Below are positions 19,935 to 28,998 of a stretch of 54,465 nt of DNA, in pieces; within the stretch, counting starts at the first letter, position 1; every line of letters starts with the position of its first letter. The notes beneath the pieces are model-generated. The model made no database searches, was not told where the DNA came from, and saw only the letters and a list, made by a program, of their open reading frames with translations. The position numbers were made by a program, and so were the translations under genes. Source of the DNA: Salinarchaeum sp. (GTDB taxonomy: Archaea; Halobacteriota; Halobacteria; Halobacteriales; SKNY01); assembly GCA_007123105.1 (NCBI GenBank), contig SKNY01000013.1:1-54465 (forward strand). The letters are read 5' to 3'.

Positions 19935-20920
19935 GGGATGGCGACGCTCGAAACGGCGTTTTCGACCAGTGATTTGCTCCCGCTGCCGTCCGGATCGCTC
20001 TCGAGATAGACTCGGTGGCTGAGAACCGTCGCCGCCTCGTACTGTAGGTCGTCGGGGATTACGTAATCACGCCCGTTGATCGCGGCCCTCGCTTGTGCAG
20101 CCCGCATCAGCGCGATCGTGCCGCGTGGACTGACACCCAATCGCGCATTTTGCCGGGTGAACTTCGCGATCGCGGCGGCATATTCCCGGACCGGTTCTTT
20201 CACAGTGACGTTTGCGACGAACGACCGTGCTGCGCGCAGTTCGTCGATGCTTGCGACCGGCCCGATGGTCTCGATCGGATGTTCACCGACGACCCGGGCA
20301 AGAATGTCAGGTTCCTCGTCGTCAGGATAGCCGAGTTCGATTTTCTTCATAAAGCGGTCGACCTGGGCGATTGGAAGCTCGTAGGTTCGGCTCGGCTCTA
20401 CGGAATTTTGGGTCGCGATCACGATGAACGGGTCGTCCATCGGGTAAGTGGTGCCGTCGACGGTGACCTGCTGTTCTTCCATTGCTTCAAGCAGTGCACT
20501 CTGGGTTTTCGGGGGTGCCCGATTGATCTCGTCGCCGAGGACCACGTTTGCGAACACCGGCCCTGCCTGGAATTCGAACTCGCGGTTTGCTTGATTGTAG
20601 ACGTTCATGCCCGTAATATCTGAAGGGAGCAAATCGGGGGTGAACTGGACACGCTTGAACGTCCCGTCGAACGAGTGCGCCAGAGAACGCGCGAGCATTG
20701 TTTTGCCCGTCCCGGGCACATCCTCGAGCAACACGTGCCCGCGGCCGAGCACGGCTGTGAAGGTGTCCTCGATTGCCCGCCGTTTTCCCATGATCACGGT
20801 CTCGATGTTCTCGATCACGCGGTCGGCGAGATCGGCGACGTCGTCGGTAGACAGTTCGGTGTCAGCGTTCGTGCCGGCCGATGCCCCGTCTTGCCTGATG
20901 GATGAATTTGGGTCTGTCAT
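19931..20920 (-). CDS. MoxR family AAA+ ATPase
   Basis: LLEDVPGTGKT, QFTPDLLPSD, DEINRAPPKTQSALLEAM. Confidence 0.95.
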   Translation of the reverse strand: MTDPNSSIRQDGASAGTNADTELSTDDVADLADRVIENIETVIMGKRRAIEDTFTAVLGRGHVLLEDVPGTGKTMLARSLAHSFDGTFKRVQFTPDLLPSDITGMNVYNQANREFEFQAGPVFANVVLGDEINRAPPKTQSALLEAMEEQQVTVDGTTYPMDDPFIVIATQNSVEPSRTYELPIAQVDRFMKKIELGYPDDEEPDILARVVGEHPIETIGPVASIDELRAARSFVANVTVKEPVREYAAAIAKFTRQNARLGVSPRGTIALMRAAQARAAINGRDYVIPDDLQYEAATVLSHRVYLESDPDGSGSKSLVENAVSSVAIP

Positions 20921-21008
20921 TAACTAGTCACGTCCAATCGCCCGTGATCGATAGACTTGCCTAATCAAAGGTGCTCGACCGGAATGAATGTTACCGTAGA
21001 ATCATCTG

Positions 21009-21200
21009 CTACCAGTCTTTACAGGTCGGACAGACGAACGATCGGTCTGCCCGCCATAGCCGATCGGTCGCGCGGCCACACGCGTCGCATTCGGGTTCCG
21101 TTCCGTCCCACCGGTACGTAATTTCGACGCGCGACTCGGGTGTCGTTCGCTCGGCGGGGGAAGCTGATCCGAACTCCGTGAGCGACCGATCCGGAGCCAT
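21009..21200 (-). CDS. Small zinc-finger protein (CxxC...CPxC)
   Basis: MAPDRSLTEF...CDACG...LW...VCPTCKDW, a typical haloarchaeal one-domain zinc-finger microprotein. Confidence 0.75.
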   Translation of the reverse strand: MAPDRSLTEFGSASPAERTTPESRVEITYRWDGTEPECDACGRATDRLWRADRSFVCPTCKDW

Positions 21201-21281
21201 GGTCTTGAGACGTCCCTCCGGCGCAAAATGGTGTCGATGTCGACGGAAGCATCCAAATAGTCGCCCGGTCACGCTCGATAC

Positions 21282-21452
21282 ATGCCCGTAGAAAATCTCG
21301 TCACCATGCTTGAGTACTTCCTCGAGGTCGTCCGTGTCGATCCGCTCAACACGCTGTTGTTCGTGATCGGCAACGTCTTGTTACTCGGTTCAATTGCGGT
21401 CTTCGGCGTCCTGGTCCTCGGGGCGGTCGTGTCGTTATTCCGACCGGCGTGA
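21282..21452 (+). CDS. Small membrane protein (56 aa)
   Basis: Below the ORF-track cutoff: MPVENLVTMLEYFLEVVRVDPLNTLLFVIGNVLLLGSIAVFGVLVLGAVVSLFRPA; fills the intergenic gap. Confidence 0.65.
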   Translation: MPVENLVTMLEYFLEVVRVDPLNTLLFVIGNVLLLGSIAVFGVLVLGAVVSLFRPA

Positions 21453-21505
21453 GCGGACTTCAAGACATTCGAGGAGGATGCCCCCGACCAACGTTATGGG
21501 AGTAG

Positions 21506-22270
21506 TCATCGATCCGAATCGTACTCCCATTCGCGCAACGCGTGGCGGACGAAATCCGATCGCACGTCGCGGTAGAAGTTGTTGCTGCCGCCGTGGCTGT
21601 CGAGGTCGTACCCCTTGGCGATGACGACGGGCGTGCCACCGTCGCCTTCGCCACCGACAAGGTTGGCAGCGGCTGCAAGCTCGTCAACTACCGATTCGAC
21701 CGTTACTTTCAGCTCGTGACCGTCGCGGTCGGTCTCGCCGCGCCAGTCGCGGCTTGCATCCATCCCACTCCATCCGATTGCGACGCCGACCTGGCCGTGT
21801 CGGAACGGCCGACCACACGTGTCGGTAACGATGACGGGGTTTTCGTGTGGAAGCTGGGAACGAATCCGGGCTGCGCTTGCAGTCGGATCCTCTGGCAACA
21901 GAAGGATCTCTGCTCCCCCGGTGTTCGACCGATCGATCCCCGCGTTCACGCCGACGTGCCCGAACCGGGACTCGGTCAGCATGAACGGTGCATCGACGAT
22001 CACCTCGACACTTTCTTCGAGTACTGCTTGTGCGAAGCGGGGATCCTTCTCGGCACCGACGATGTCACCGATTCGACGGGCAATCTCCCGGGCCCGTGGT
22101 CCCGCCCGAAAGTCCTCGAGTGAGGCCCCACGGTCCTCCGCCTTCGAAACGATCGTACTCGCCACGATGACCACGTCATCCGCGTTGATGTCGGCACGAT
22201 CGCCGACGATGGTCCCGATCTCATCGCCAGGTCGAATTTCGGGAATCCCCTGGACCGCGACCAATTCCAT
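21506..22270 (-). CDS. cofE: Coenzyme F420-0:L-glutamate ligase
   Basis: PEIRPGD, STIVSKAE, NAGIDRSN, DTCGRPFR.GQ, DELAAAANL. Confidence 0.94.
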   Translation of the reverse strand: MELVAVQGIPEIRPGDEIGTIVGDRADINADDVVIVASTIVSKAEDRGASLEDFRAGPRAREIARRIGDIVGAEKDPRFAQAVLEESVEVIVDAPFMLTESRFGHVGVNAGIDRSNTGGAEILLLPEDPTASAARIRSQLPHENPVIVTDTCGRPFRHGQVGVAIGWSGMDASRDWRGETDRDGHELKVTVESVVDELAAAANLVGGEGDGGTPVVIAKGYDLDSHGGSNNFYRDVRSDFVRHALREWEYDSDR

Positions 22271-22354
22271 GGCACGTTCTCACTGTGGCACCTGAAAAAT
22301 ACGCCGAATTCCCGCGGGCCCACCATTTAAGCTGTCGGGCTACTTCGGTTCACT

Positions 22355-22417
22355 GTGGCAATGACGAGGCGTTACCCCCGCTGAGCCCCATGTGATGAGG
22401 ACTAACGACCGAGCCAC
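22355..22417 (+). ncRNA. Box C/D 2'-O-methylation guide sRNA (sR41-like); D' guide matches 23S rRNA near helix 69
   Basis: Terminal stem GTGGC/GCCAC; C box ATGACGA 22361-67; D' CTGA 22381-84; C' TGATGA 22393-98; D CCGA 22409-12. Guide GTTACCCCCG is complementary to CGGGGGUAAC of archaeal 23S. TTTAA box at 22326-30. Confidence 0.85.
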
Positions 22418-22420
22418 GTT

Positions 22421-22433
22421 ACAACAAAAATTA
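22421..22433 (-). terminator. T-rich terminator after tRNA-iMet
   Basis: TAATTTTTGTTGT immediately 3' of the tRNA on the minus strand. Confidence 0.55.
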
Positions 22434-22508
<75 letters not shown>

Positions 22509-22563
22509 ACTTTCGACTATCCCCGTTTCGCAGTTAACGATTGTGGTTCGCTTGTCGGCATAC

Positions 22564-23058
22564 TCATTCGGCTTGTACTTGTCGTGGTAACAATGGACGC
22601 GGGTCCGGATACGTAAACGTTCCGAGCAATGTCCCATCCAACGTTTGACAGTAGGCGTGTAATTCATCGATTTTGAGCGCGTTTGCGACCATTCCCTTTG
22701 CCTTTCGGGCGTCATAATGACAGGCGAGCAATAGCGCGTGTTCAGCGGCTGGATCGAGATGTTCGATCACGAGAAAGACGGCAAACTCGACCTGGCGTCT
22801 GTACGCGAGATACTCCGGGAAGGTGTGGTTCTCGTAGGCAGTTGAGAAGGCCGCGGCGTGATTACCCGGGATAATCGGAACGAGTCCGAACCGGTCGTCT
22901 TCGCCGCTGTCCCGACTCACGGGTGACGTATGGACGGCTGGCATGGCCGTCGTGGTCCAGCCGTCGGCACGCCGATCCGCGGCGATTGTCTGCATATCGT
23001 CGTTCGTCGCCTGCCAGGCCGTGCCAGCAGGCGTCTGTGGGACCCGTTCGTCCGCCAT
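22564..23058 (-). CDS. Conserved haloarchaeal hypothetical protein
   Basis: MADERVPQ...AWQAT.DDM..IA..RRADGW...; follows the dpp operon on the same strand. Confidence 0.7.
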   Translation of the reverse strand: MADERVPQTPAGTAWQATNDDMQTIAADRRADGWTTTAMPAVHTSPVSRDSGEDDRFGLVPIIPGNHAAAFSTAYENHTFPEYLAYRRQVEFAVFLVIEHLDPAAEHALLLACHYDARKAKGMVANALKIDELHAYCQTLDGTLLGTFTYPDPRPLLPRQVQAE

Positions 23059-23100
23059 GGCCGTAGCTCCCGGCCCGACCACCATAACACCCGTGTCACA

Positions 23101-23499
23101 TTAGGCCACGTCAAAGCCAACCTCCATGATGTAGGAGATGGCCAACACTACCAGGCTCGCCACGAAGAGCTTCGTTGCGGGTGCTGGCGTCCATTCGGCG
23201 GGTGGGTCCGGCGCCCAGGTTGCCGGTGGCATCTGTCGATCGATAACGTCGGGGCCGCGTCGGGGTGCCTGCCCTGGTCGACGGACGTCATTGGGGGTCC
23301 GTGGCCACAACCGCACCGTTGCATACCCCATCAGCAGAAAGCCGAAGAGAAACAGCATGGCTTTCGTCCGGACCAATCCACCGCCCGTGCCGATACCGAC
23401 TGCGAGGGCCAACAGAAAGGTGACTCCGGCAACAGTGACCGCGTAGCTTCCGAGATCGAGGAGAACGTACCCGATGATCCGCCATCGACCGGGTTTCAT
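23101..23499 (-). CDS. Three-TM membrane protein coupled to dppF
   Basis: ATGA overlap with the dppF stop; hydrophobic helices, LWP motif. Confidence 0.7.
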   Translation of the reverse strand: MKPGRWRIIGYVLLDLGSYAVTVAGVTFLLALAVGIGTGGGLVRTKAMLFLFGFLLMGYATVRLWPRTPNDVRRPGQAPRRGPDVIDRQMPPATWAPDPPAEWTPAPATKLFVASLVVLAISYIMEVGFDVA

Positions 23500-24830
23500 T
23501 CCGGTGACTGTGCTTCGAGCACCGCCCTCGGGGACGGATACGGCTCCTGGTGGCGGTGACACCGACTGAACCGGGTATCGGTTCCCACGGCCTCGACAGC
23601 GGGCGCATCGGCACTGCATGGGCCGCCGAACGCGTCGTCAAGCCGCTCTATCGCGCGACCGTGATTCCCTCCCCGTGCGGCCGCTGCGATCTCTTCAAGG
23701 ACGCTTTCGACGGACGCAGGCACGTCCAGTTCGCCAAAGAGTTCCGCGTAGATCTCGTCGATCGTGCCGACCGCCGGCGTCCGGCCGATCATCTCACGGA
23801 CCCGCCAGCCAATCGTTCCCATCATACGTTCGCGTTCGGCAAGCAAGTCCTCAAGCAGAATGATGGCGTCCCACACCGCATCCGGCATATCTGGGTAGTC
23901 AGCTGGTTTGATCCGCATCGGACACCGGGTCTTGAACACGCAACCACTCGGTGGATGCCTGGGATTCGGGGGGGTCCCGTGCAGCCTGATCCGACCGTCC
24001 GCAGCCGTGGGGTCCGGGACCGGAATCGCCGATAGCAACGCGTGGGTGTATGGATTGGCCGGCTCGGTAAAGACGACTTCGGTCGGCCCAATCTCCATCA
24101 GTTTGCCGAGATACATGACGGCCACGCGGTCCGAGATGTGTTTAACGACAGAGAGATCATGGGCTATGAACAGGTACGTGAGCCCGAACTCGTCCTGTAG
24201 ATCTTCGAGTAGGTTGATAATCTCTGCCTGGACGGATACATCGAGTGCCGAGACGGGTTCGTCGAGCACGATGAACTCTGGCTCGAGGGTGAGCGTTCGG
24301 GCGATGTTGATCCGTTGGCGTTGACCGCCGGAGAACTGGTGGGGGTATCGGTAGTAGTGTTCCGGATGGAGCCCGACGGTATCGAGCAGCTCCCGGACCC
24401 GTTCCCGGCGATCACCAGGCATTCGCCACTCGTGGACATCGAGTGGTTCGCGGACGATCTCGCCGACCGTCATCCGATCGTTGAGACTCGAATCCGGATC
24501 TTGAAAAACGATCTGTGCGTTTCGTCGCCATGCTTTCAGTTCCGTGCCCGCGAGTTTCGTCACGTCTCGGCCGTCAAAGCGGACGGTCCCTCCTGTCGCC
24601 CGCTCCAGGCGCAACAGCGTCCGGCCAAGGGTCGTCTTCCCACAGCCGGATTCCCCAACTAGCCCAAGTGTTTCACCCCGCCGGATGTCGAAACTGACGC
24701 CATCGACCGCCTTTACCGGATTCCCTCCGAACAACCGGTTGGATTCGTAGTACGTGCGAAGCTCCCGGACTTCGACGAGTGTTTCACTGTCCGTGTCCGC
24801 CGTTCGTCGCTCTTGGAGCTGTTCGCTCAT
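23496..24830 (-). CDS. dppF: Dipeptide/oligopeptide ABC ATPase DppF/OppF
   Basis: [32 protein letters not shown]-terminal Cys motif interrupted by a long insertion. Confidence 0.92.
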   Translation of the reverse strand: MSEQLQERRTADTDSETLVEVRELRTYYESNRLFGGNPVKAVDGVSFDIRRGETLGLVGESGCGKTTLGRTLLRLERATGGTVRFDGRDVTKLAGTELKAWRRNAQIVFQDPDSSLNDRMTVGEIVREPLDVHEWRMPGDRRERVRELLDTVGLHPEHYYRYPHQFSGGQRQRINIARTLTLEPEFIVLDEPVSALDVSVQAEIINLLEDLQDEFGLTYLFIAHDLSVVKHISDRVAVMYLGKLMEIGPTEVVFTEPANPYTHALLSAIPVPDPTAADGRIRLHGTPPNPRHPPSGCVFKTRCPMRIKPADYPDMPDAVWDAIILLEDLLAERERMMGTIGWRVREMIGRTPAVGTIDEIYAELFGELDVPASVESVLEEIAAAARGGNHGRAIERLDDAFGGPCSADAPAVEAVGTDTRFSRCHRHQEPYPSPRAVLEAQSPE

Positions 24831-26098
24831 TGGGGTTCCTCCTCGTGGCGTGCGAGTGCCGTTGCCTCGTCCACGTCCTCGGGGTACAACAGACACCGTG
24901 CACGGTGATCTGGGACGTCGTCGTTGACGGGAAGCGAAGCGGGATGGATGCGGTCGCATGCGTCGAACGCTTTCGGACACCGCTCGACGAACCGACAGTA
25001 CGTCGGCGGTTGGGTCGGCGTCGGCACGGTGCCAGGGATGCTCGAGAGCCGGTCCCCGGCTTGCGCGCCTGGGATTGACTCCATCAACCCAACTGTATAG
25101 GGATGACGAGGGGCTTCGAACAGCGACACCACATCAGTTGATTCGACGATTTCGCCGGCGTACATGACGTTGACTCGGTCGGCAACGTTCGCGATCACGC
25201 CCATGTCGTGGGTGATGAAGATGATGGCGAGATCTCGTTGTGCCTGGAGGTCGGCCAGCAGATCGAGGATCTGGGCCTGGATCGTTACGTCGAGCGCCGT
25301 CGTCGGCTCATCACAGATGAGCACCTCCGGATCGCACGCGAGTGCCATCGCGATCATGGCCCGCTGGCGCATCCCACCGGAGAATTCGTGGGGATATTCC
25401 TTTACGCGGCGTCTCGCGTCCGAGATGCCGACGTCCTCGAGCAACTCGATCGCTTTCCGGGAGGCTGCTCGTCCACGAAGTCCCTGGTGGAGGCGCAGGG
25501 CTTCCTTGATCTGGTTGCCGACTGAGTATACTGGATTCAAGCTGGACAGCGGATCCTGGAAGATCATTGCGATCCGGCCACCACGCATCGCCCGGGTCGC
25601 TGGCCCGGACGTTCGTGTTATGTCGATGAATCCTGCGTCGATCGACGCGGGCTCGTCGGCATTCCCCGCTGTGACGAACACACAGGCCTCCGCATCGAGA
25701 AACTGCAACTCGGTCTCGGCCCCCTTTCGAATGCGGTCGATGATCGTGGGAGCAACACGCTGTGATGGGTGCTCGGAGCCACCATCGGGCCGCCGAACCG
25801 ATTCGATTGTGGTGAGATCGACGGTTCGGCCCGGGAACCGGTCGGCGAACTCCCGGACGGTCTCGAGGTGGTGAAATCTGATGCTCGAGCCGTCGAGGAT
25901 GGCCCCGGGCGATTTGATCAGCCGCATGATCGATCGCGCCGTGACGCTCTTTCCCGAACCGCTTTCCCCGACGATCCCGACCGTTTCGCCGGGTGTCACA
26001 TCGAATGACACACCATCAACCGCCCGGATCGTCTCCTTCTCGGTGAAGAACGCCGTCTCTAGATCGTGGACCGTCAGGATTGGCCTGGTGGAGCTCAT
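24827..26098 (-). CDS. dppD: Dipeptide/oligopeptide ABC ATPase DppD/OppD
   Basis: [36 protein letters not shown]...C...RC. Confidence 0.93.
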   Translation of the reverse strand: MSSTRPILTVHDLETAFFTEKETIRAVDGVSFDVTPGETVGIVGESGSGKSVTARSIMRLIKSPGAILDGSSIRFHHLETVREFADRFPGRTVDLTTIESVRRPDGGSEHPSQRVAPTIIDRIRKGAETELQFLDAEACVFVTAGNADEPASIDAGFIDITRTSGPATRAMRGGRIAMIFQDPLSSLNPVYSVGNQIKEALRLHQGLRGRAASRKAIELLEDVGISDARRRVKEYPHEFSGGMRQRAMIAMALACDPEVLICDEPTTALDVTIQAQILDLLADLQAQRDLAIIFITHDMGVIANVADRVNVMYAGEIVESTDVVSLFEAPRHPYTVGLMESIPGAQAGDRLSSIPGTVPTPTQPPTYCRFVERCPKAFDACDRIHPASLPVNDDVPDHRARCLLYPEDVDEATALARHEEEPQ

Positions 26099-27822
26099 CC
26101 GCCACCTCCCGCGGCGGTCGCATCGGCAGCTCCCCCGCCCGTGCTCTCCGGATCGATGGCATCGCGTAAGGCATCGCCGAGCGCGTTGAACCCGGTCACG
26201 ACCAGGACAATCATCAAGCCTGGTACCGTCGAGACGTGCCAGGCACTCGTACCGACGTAGGATCTACCCTGATCGACGATTCGGCCCCATTCGGGGGTCG
26301 GATGGGTGACGCCGAGGCCCAGGAACGAGAGCGCTGCCGTGGCGATGATGATCCCACCGAGCAACAGCGACGCGTAGATCAGGATGTACGTAGCGACGTA
26401 CGGTGCCATGTGCTTTCGCATAATCGTCATCGGCCGTTGGCCATAACTCCGTGCTGCATCGACCCATTCGCCTTCGGCAACTTGGAGCGACGGCCCACGT
26501 ATCGAACGCCACAGACCGGGCCAATACACGGCCGCGAATATGAGCGCGAGGAGTAATCCGCCATCGTACACATCCGCGATCGGATGATCGGCCTGCTGGA
26601 ATAGCACGGAAATCAACAGGACGAACAGGAAGGCCGGAATCGAGATGATCGCATCGCTCGTCACGACCGTCAGGACGTCGATGAGTCCTTTGTAGTATGC
26701 CGTAATAAGCGATAACGCCAGCGCGATCATCGTACCGAGCCCGATGGATACGAGCCCGATGACGAGTGACGTGCGCGCGCCGAACGCCAGTACGGTAAAG
26801 AGATCCGCGCCGTTCGTTGCCGTCCCCAACGGCGCCCACCGGTCATACTGGTCATAACTCCAGATGCCGACCGTCGAGGCACCGCCCTGCGATCGAGTAT
26901 CAAGATTGGCGCTGCCGTGGAGGATGGACTCTACCTCACCGTCCTCCGATAGGTACGTAAATTCGTGCTGGTAGGGCTGAAAGTGGTTGTGCTGGATGTC
27001 GACGGGGCCAAGCGATGGTGCCCAGATCGCCATGACGACGAATGCGAACACCACAGTCAACCCGAACAATCCCCACCAATGTCGCCGCATCCGATTGATA
27101 CTGTCGTCTCGCGGGGTCCAGTCGGCGACCCGGTAGTACGAACGATACGTCGTGTAACCGACCCAGGCCCAGGCGAGCGCAACGAATGCGTACCCGTAGA
27201 TAACGCCGACGCGGATTCCCCATGCCCAGGCCGGGGAGAGTCCGAGGAACGTTCCGGCCCACCCACCGTCCGGCAGCCGGTGGCCCTCGTTCGGAATCGT
27301 TTCCCGGCCCGTTATCGTGGGTAGGTGTCCCACCGTCCGCACACCGTCTCCGATGGTTCTACTCATCGCGTCTGCGAGCGCACCGACCGGGGTGTACGCG
27401 AGGGCCGCGAATCCGACGAGCAGCAATCCGGTGACGACCACCAGGTCGACGGCCAGCCGGTATTCCGGCGTGTTGGTGACGTTGTGCCTGTCCGCGATGG
27501 ACCCGCCCGGCAGCAGTCGCAGGATCAGCGGTGCGATCACCAACATCAGCAACGCCGTCGTGATGATGACGGCAACGTTTCCCATTAGCATCCCGATACT
27601 TCCTGGCAGCTCCGCCGCCACGTTCCGTCCGACCCAGAGTGGCACCGACGCGATCAGGCTGAGTACTATCCGGGTAATGTCACCGGCCCGTACGAGTCCA
27701 TCGGCGATACGACCCAGCTCAAGTAATACGAGGATCGCGACTCCGACGGCCCAGACGATGGCTGGACGAGGATTCGATCGTACCCGATCATGTAGCCGCA
27801 TCTCCTCGGAGGCCCCCTTCAT
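26095..27822 (-). CDS. dppC: Peptide ABC permease DppC/OppC with extended N-terminal TM region
   Basis: APLGT...GADLF, EWVDAARSYG (EAA loop), LSFLGLG...PEWG. Confidence 0.9.
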   Translation of the reverse strand: MKGASEEMRLHDRVRSNPRPAIVWAVGVAILVLLELGRIADGLVRAGDITRIVLSLIASVPLWVGRNVAAELPGSIGMLMGNVAVIITTALLMLVIAPLILRLLPGGSIADRHNVTNTPEYRLAVDLVVVTGLLLVGFAALAYTPVGALADAMSRTIGDGVRTVGHLPTITGRETIPNEGHRLPDGGWAGTFLGLSPAWAWGIRVGVIYGYAFVALAWAWVGYTTYRSYYRVADWTPRDDSINRMRRHWWGLFGLTVVFAFVVMAIWAPSLGPVDIQHNHFQPYQHEFTYLSEDGEVESILHGSANLDTRSQGGASTVGIWSYDQYDRWAPLGTATNGADLFTVLAFGARTSLVIGLVSIGLGTMIALALSLITAYYKGLIDVLTVVTSDAIISIPAFLFVLLISVLFQQADHPIADVYDGGLLLALIFAAVYWPGLWRSIRGPSLQVAEGEWVDAARSYGQRPMTIMRKHMAPYVATYILIYASLLLGGIIIATAALSFLGLGVTHPTPEWGRIVDQGRSYVGTSAWHVSTVPGLMIVLVVTGFNALGDALRDAIDPESTGGGAADATAAGGGG

Positions 27823-28868
27823 CGTTCGTATCCCACCCGTGGATCGAGCAGCGTGTAAAGCAGGTCCTGCAGAATATTGAGCAGGATGATGATTAGGGTG
27901 AAAAAGAATATCAGGGACCCGGCAAGCGGGAGATCACCCTGGACGGCCGCGTGAAAGAACAGTGCCCCCAGGCCGTTAATGCCGAAGATATACTCGATGA
28001 TGACCGATCCACCGATGAGCAACACCGCTTCGTTCGTGATGATCGGTACGAGCGGGATGAGGGCGTTTCGAAACACGTGTTTCCAAATAATGATTCTGTT
28101 GGAGAGTCCTTTCGCGCGGGCTGTGTCGACATAATTCGAGTTGATCGTTTCCAACATTGCAGTGCGGCCGATCCGAAGTTCGGCCGCCATCGAGGCGGAT
28201 CCGAGCACCAGAGCCGGAGGAATGATGAGTTTGACGGCTACGAGGAAACCGCCTAGATCGAATGTGAACCAGAATGGCAACACTGAAAAACCGTCAGTGA
28301 TCGCGATAAAATCAAGCGGCGGCGTCCCGATAATACTGCGGATCTCCGGTCCGATTTGGTACCAATCGAACCGGGTCCCGTCTGTTCGACGAAGGAAGGT
28401 GAGGAGCATGATCGCGAGCCAGAAGTTCGGCATTGCCAGCCAGACAATCCCGCTGAACGATGCCAAGTAGTCTGCCCAGCTGTTCGGGTGGAGACCGGCA
28501 TAAAAGCCCAACGGAATACCGAGAAACAACGGGAGCAGGATCGCCCACAATCCGAGCCAGATCGTTCGGGGCGCATAGATCATAATCAGGCCGTTCACCG
28601 ACCGCCCCTCCTGGATGACCCAGGACTGGCCGAGATCCAGGGTTATCAAGGACCAAATAAAATCGAGATATTGCCGCCAAAGGGGTTCGTTGAGTCCGAG
28701 CTGTTCACGGATGGCGACCGCGTCGCCCCCGGTTCCCTCCGGACCGAGAATTGCGGCAACGGGATCTAAGGGGCCCATTCTGAGCGCAACGAAAATAATA
28801 GTCATTACGAGAAACAACACCGGAATCATGAGCCCGAGGCGCATCAAGAAATACCGCCACCGGCTCAT
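27819..28868 (-). CDS. dppB: Peptide ABC permease DppB/OppB
   Basis: LGLNEPLWRQY, MPNFWL, YVDTARAKGL, KHVFRNALIP. Confidence 0.93.
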   Translation of the reverse strand: MSRWRYFLMRLGLMIPVLFLVMTIIFVALRMGPLDPVAAILGPEGTGGDAVAIREQLGLNEPLWRQYLDFIWSLITLDLGQSWVIQEGRSVNGLIMIYAPRTIWLGLWAILLPLFLGIPLGFYAGLHPNSWADYLASFSGIVWLAMPNFWLAIMLLTFLRRTDGTRFDWYQIGPEIRSIIGTPPLDFIAITDGFSVLPFWFTFDLGGFLVAVKLIIPPALVLGSASMAAELRIGRTAMLETINSNYVDTARAKGLSNRIIIWKHVFRNALIPLVPIITNEAVLLIGGSVIIEYIFGINGLGALFFHAAVQGDLPLAGSLIFFFTLIIILLNILQDLLYTLLDPRVGYER

Positions 28869-28998
28869 TTACAATCACGTCCAATCAGCTGAGCCAACGG
28901 CTGGGAGCGGGTGATTTGCACGGTCGGTGCACCGGTGTTAGCCACGGTAGGGTGGAAGCTGGCAAGCGCGTTGAATAGACGTTTCGACCGGGGATTAC

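Noticed and set aside
24827..26098. DppD insertion as an intein
   Set aside because: No Cys/Ser start with His-Asn end, no LAGLIDADG motifs, and too short.
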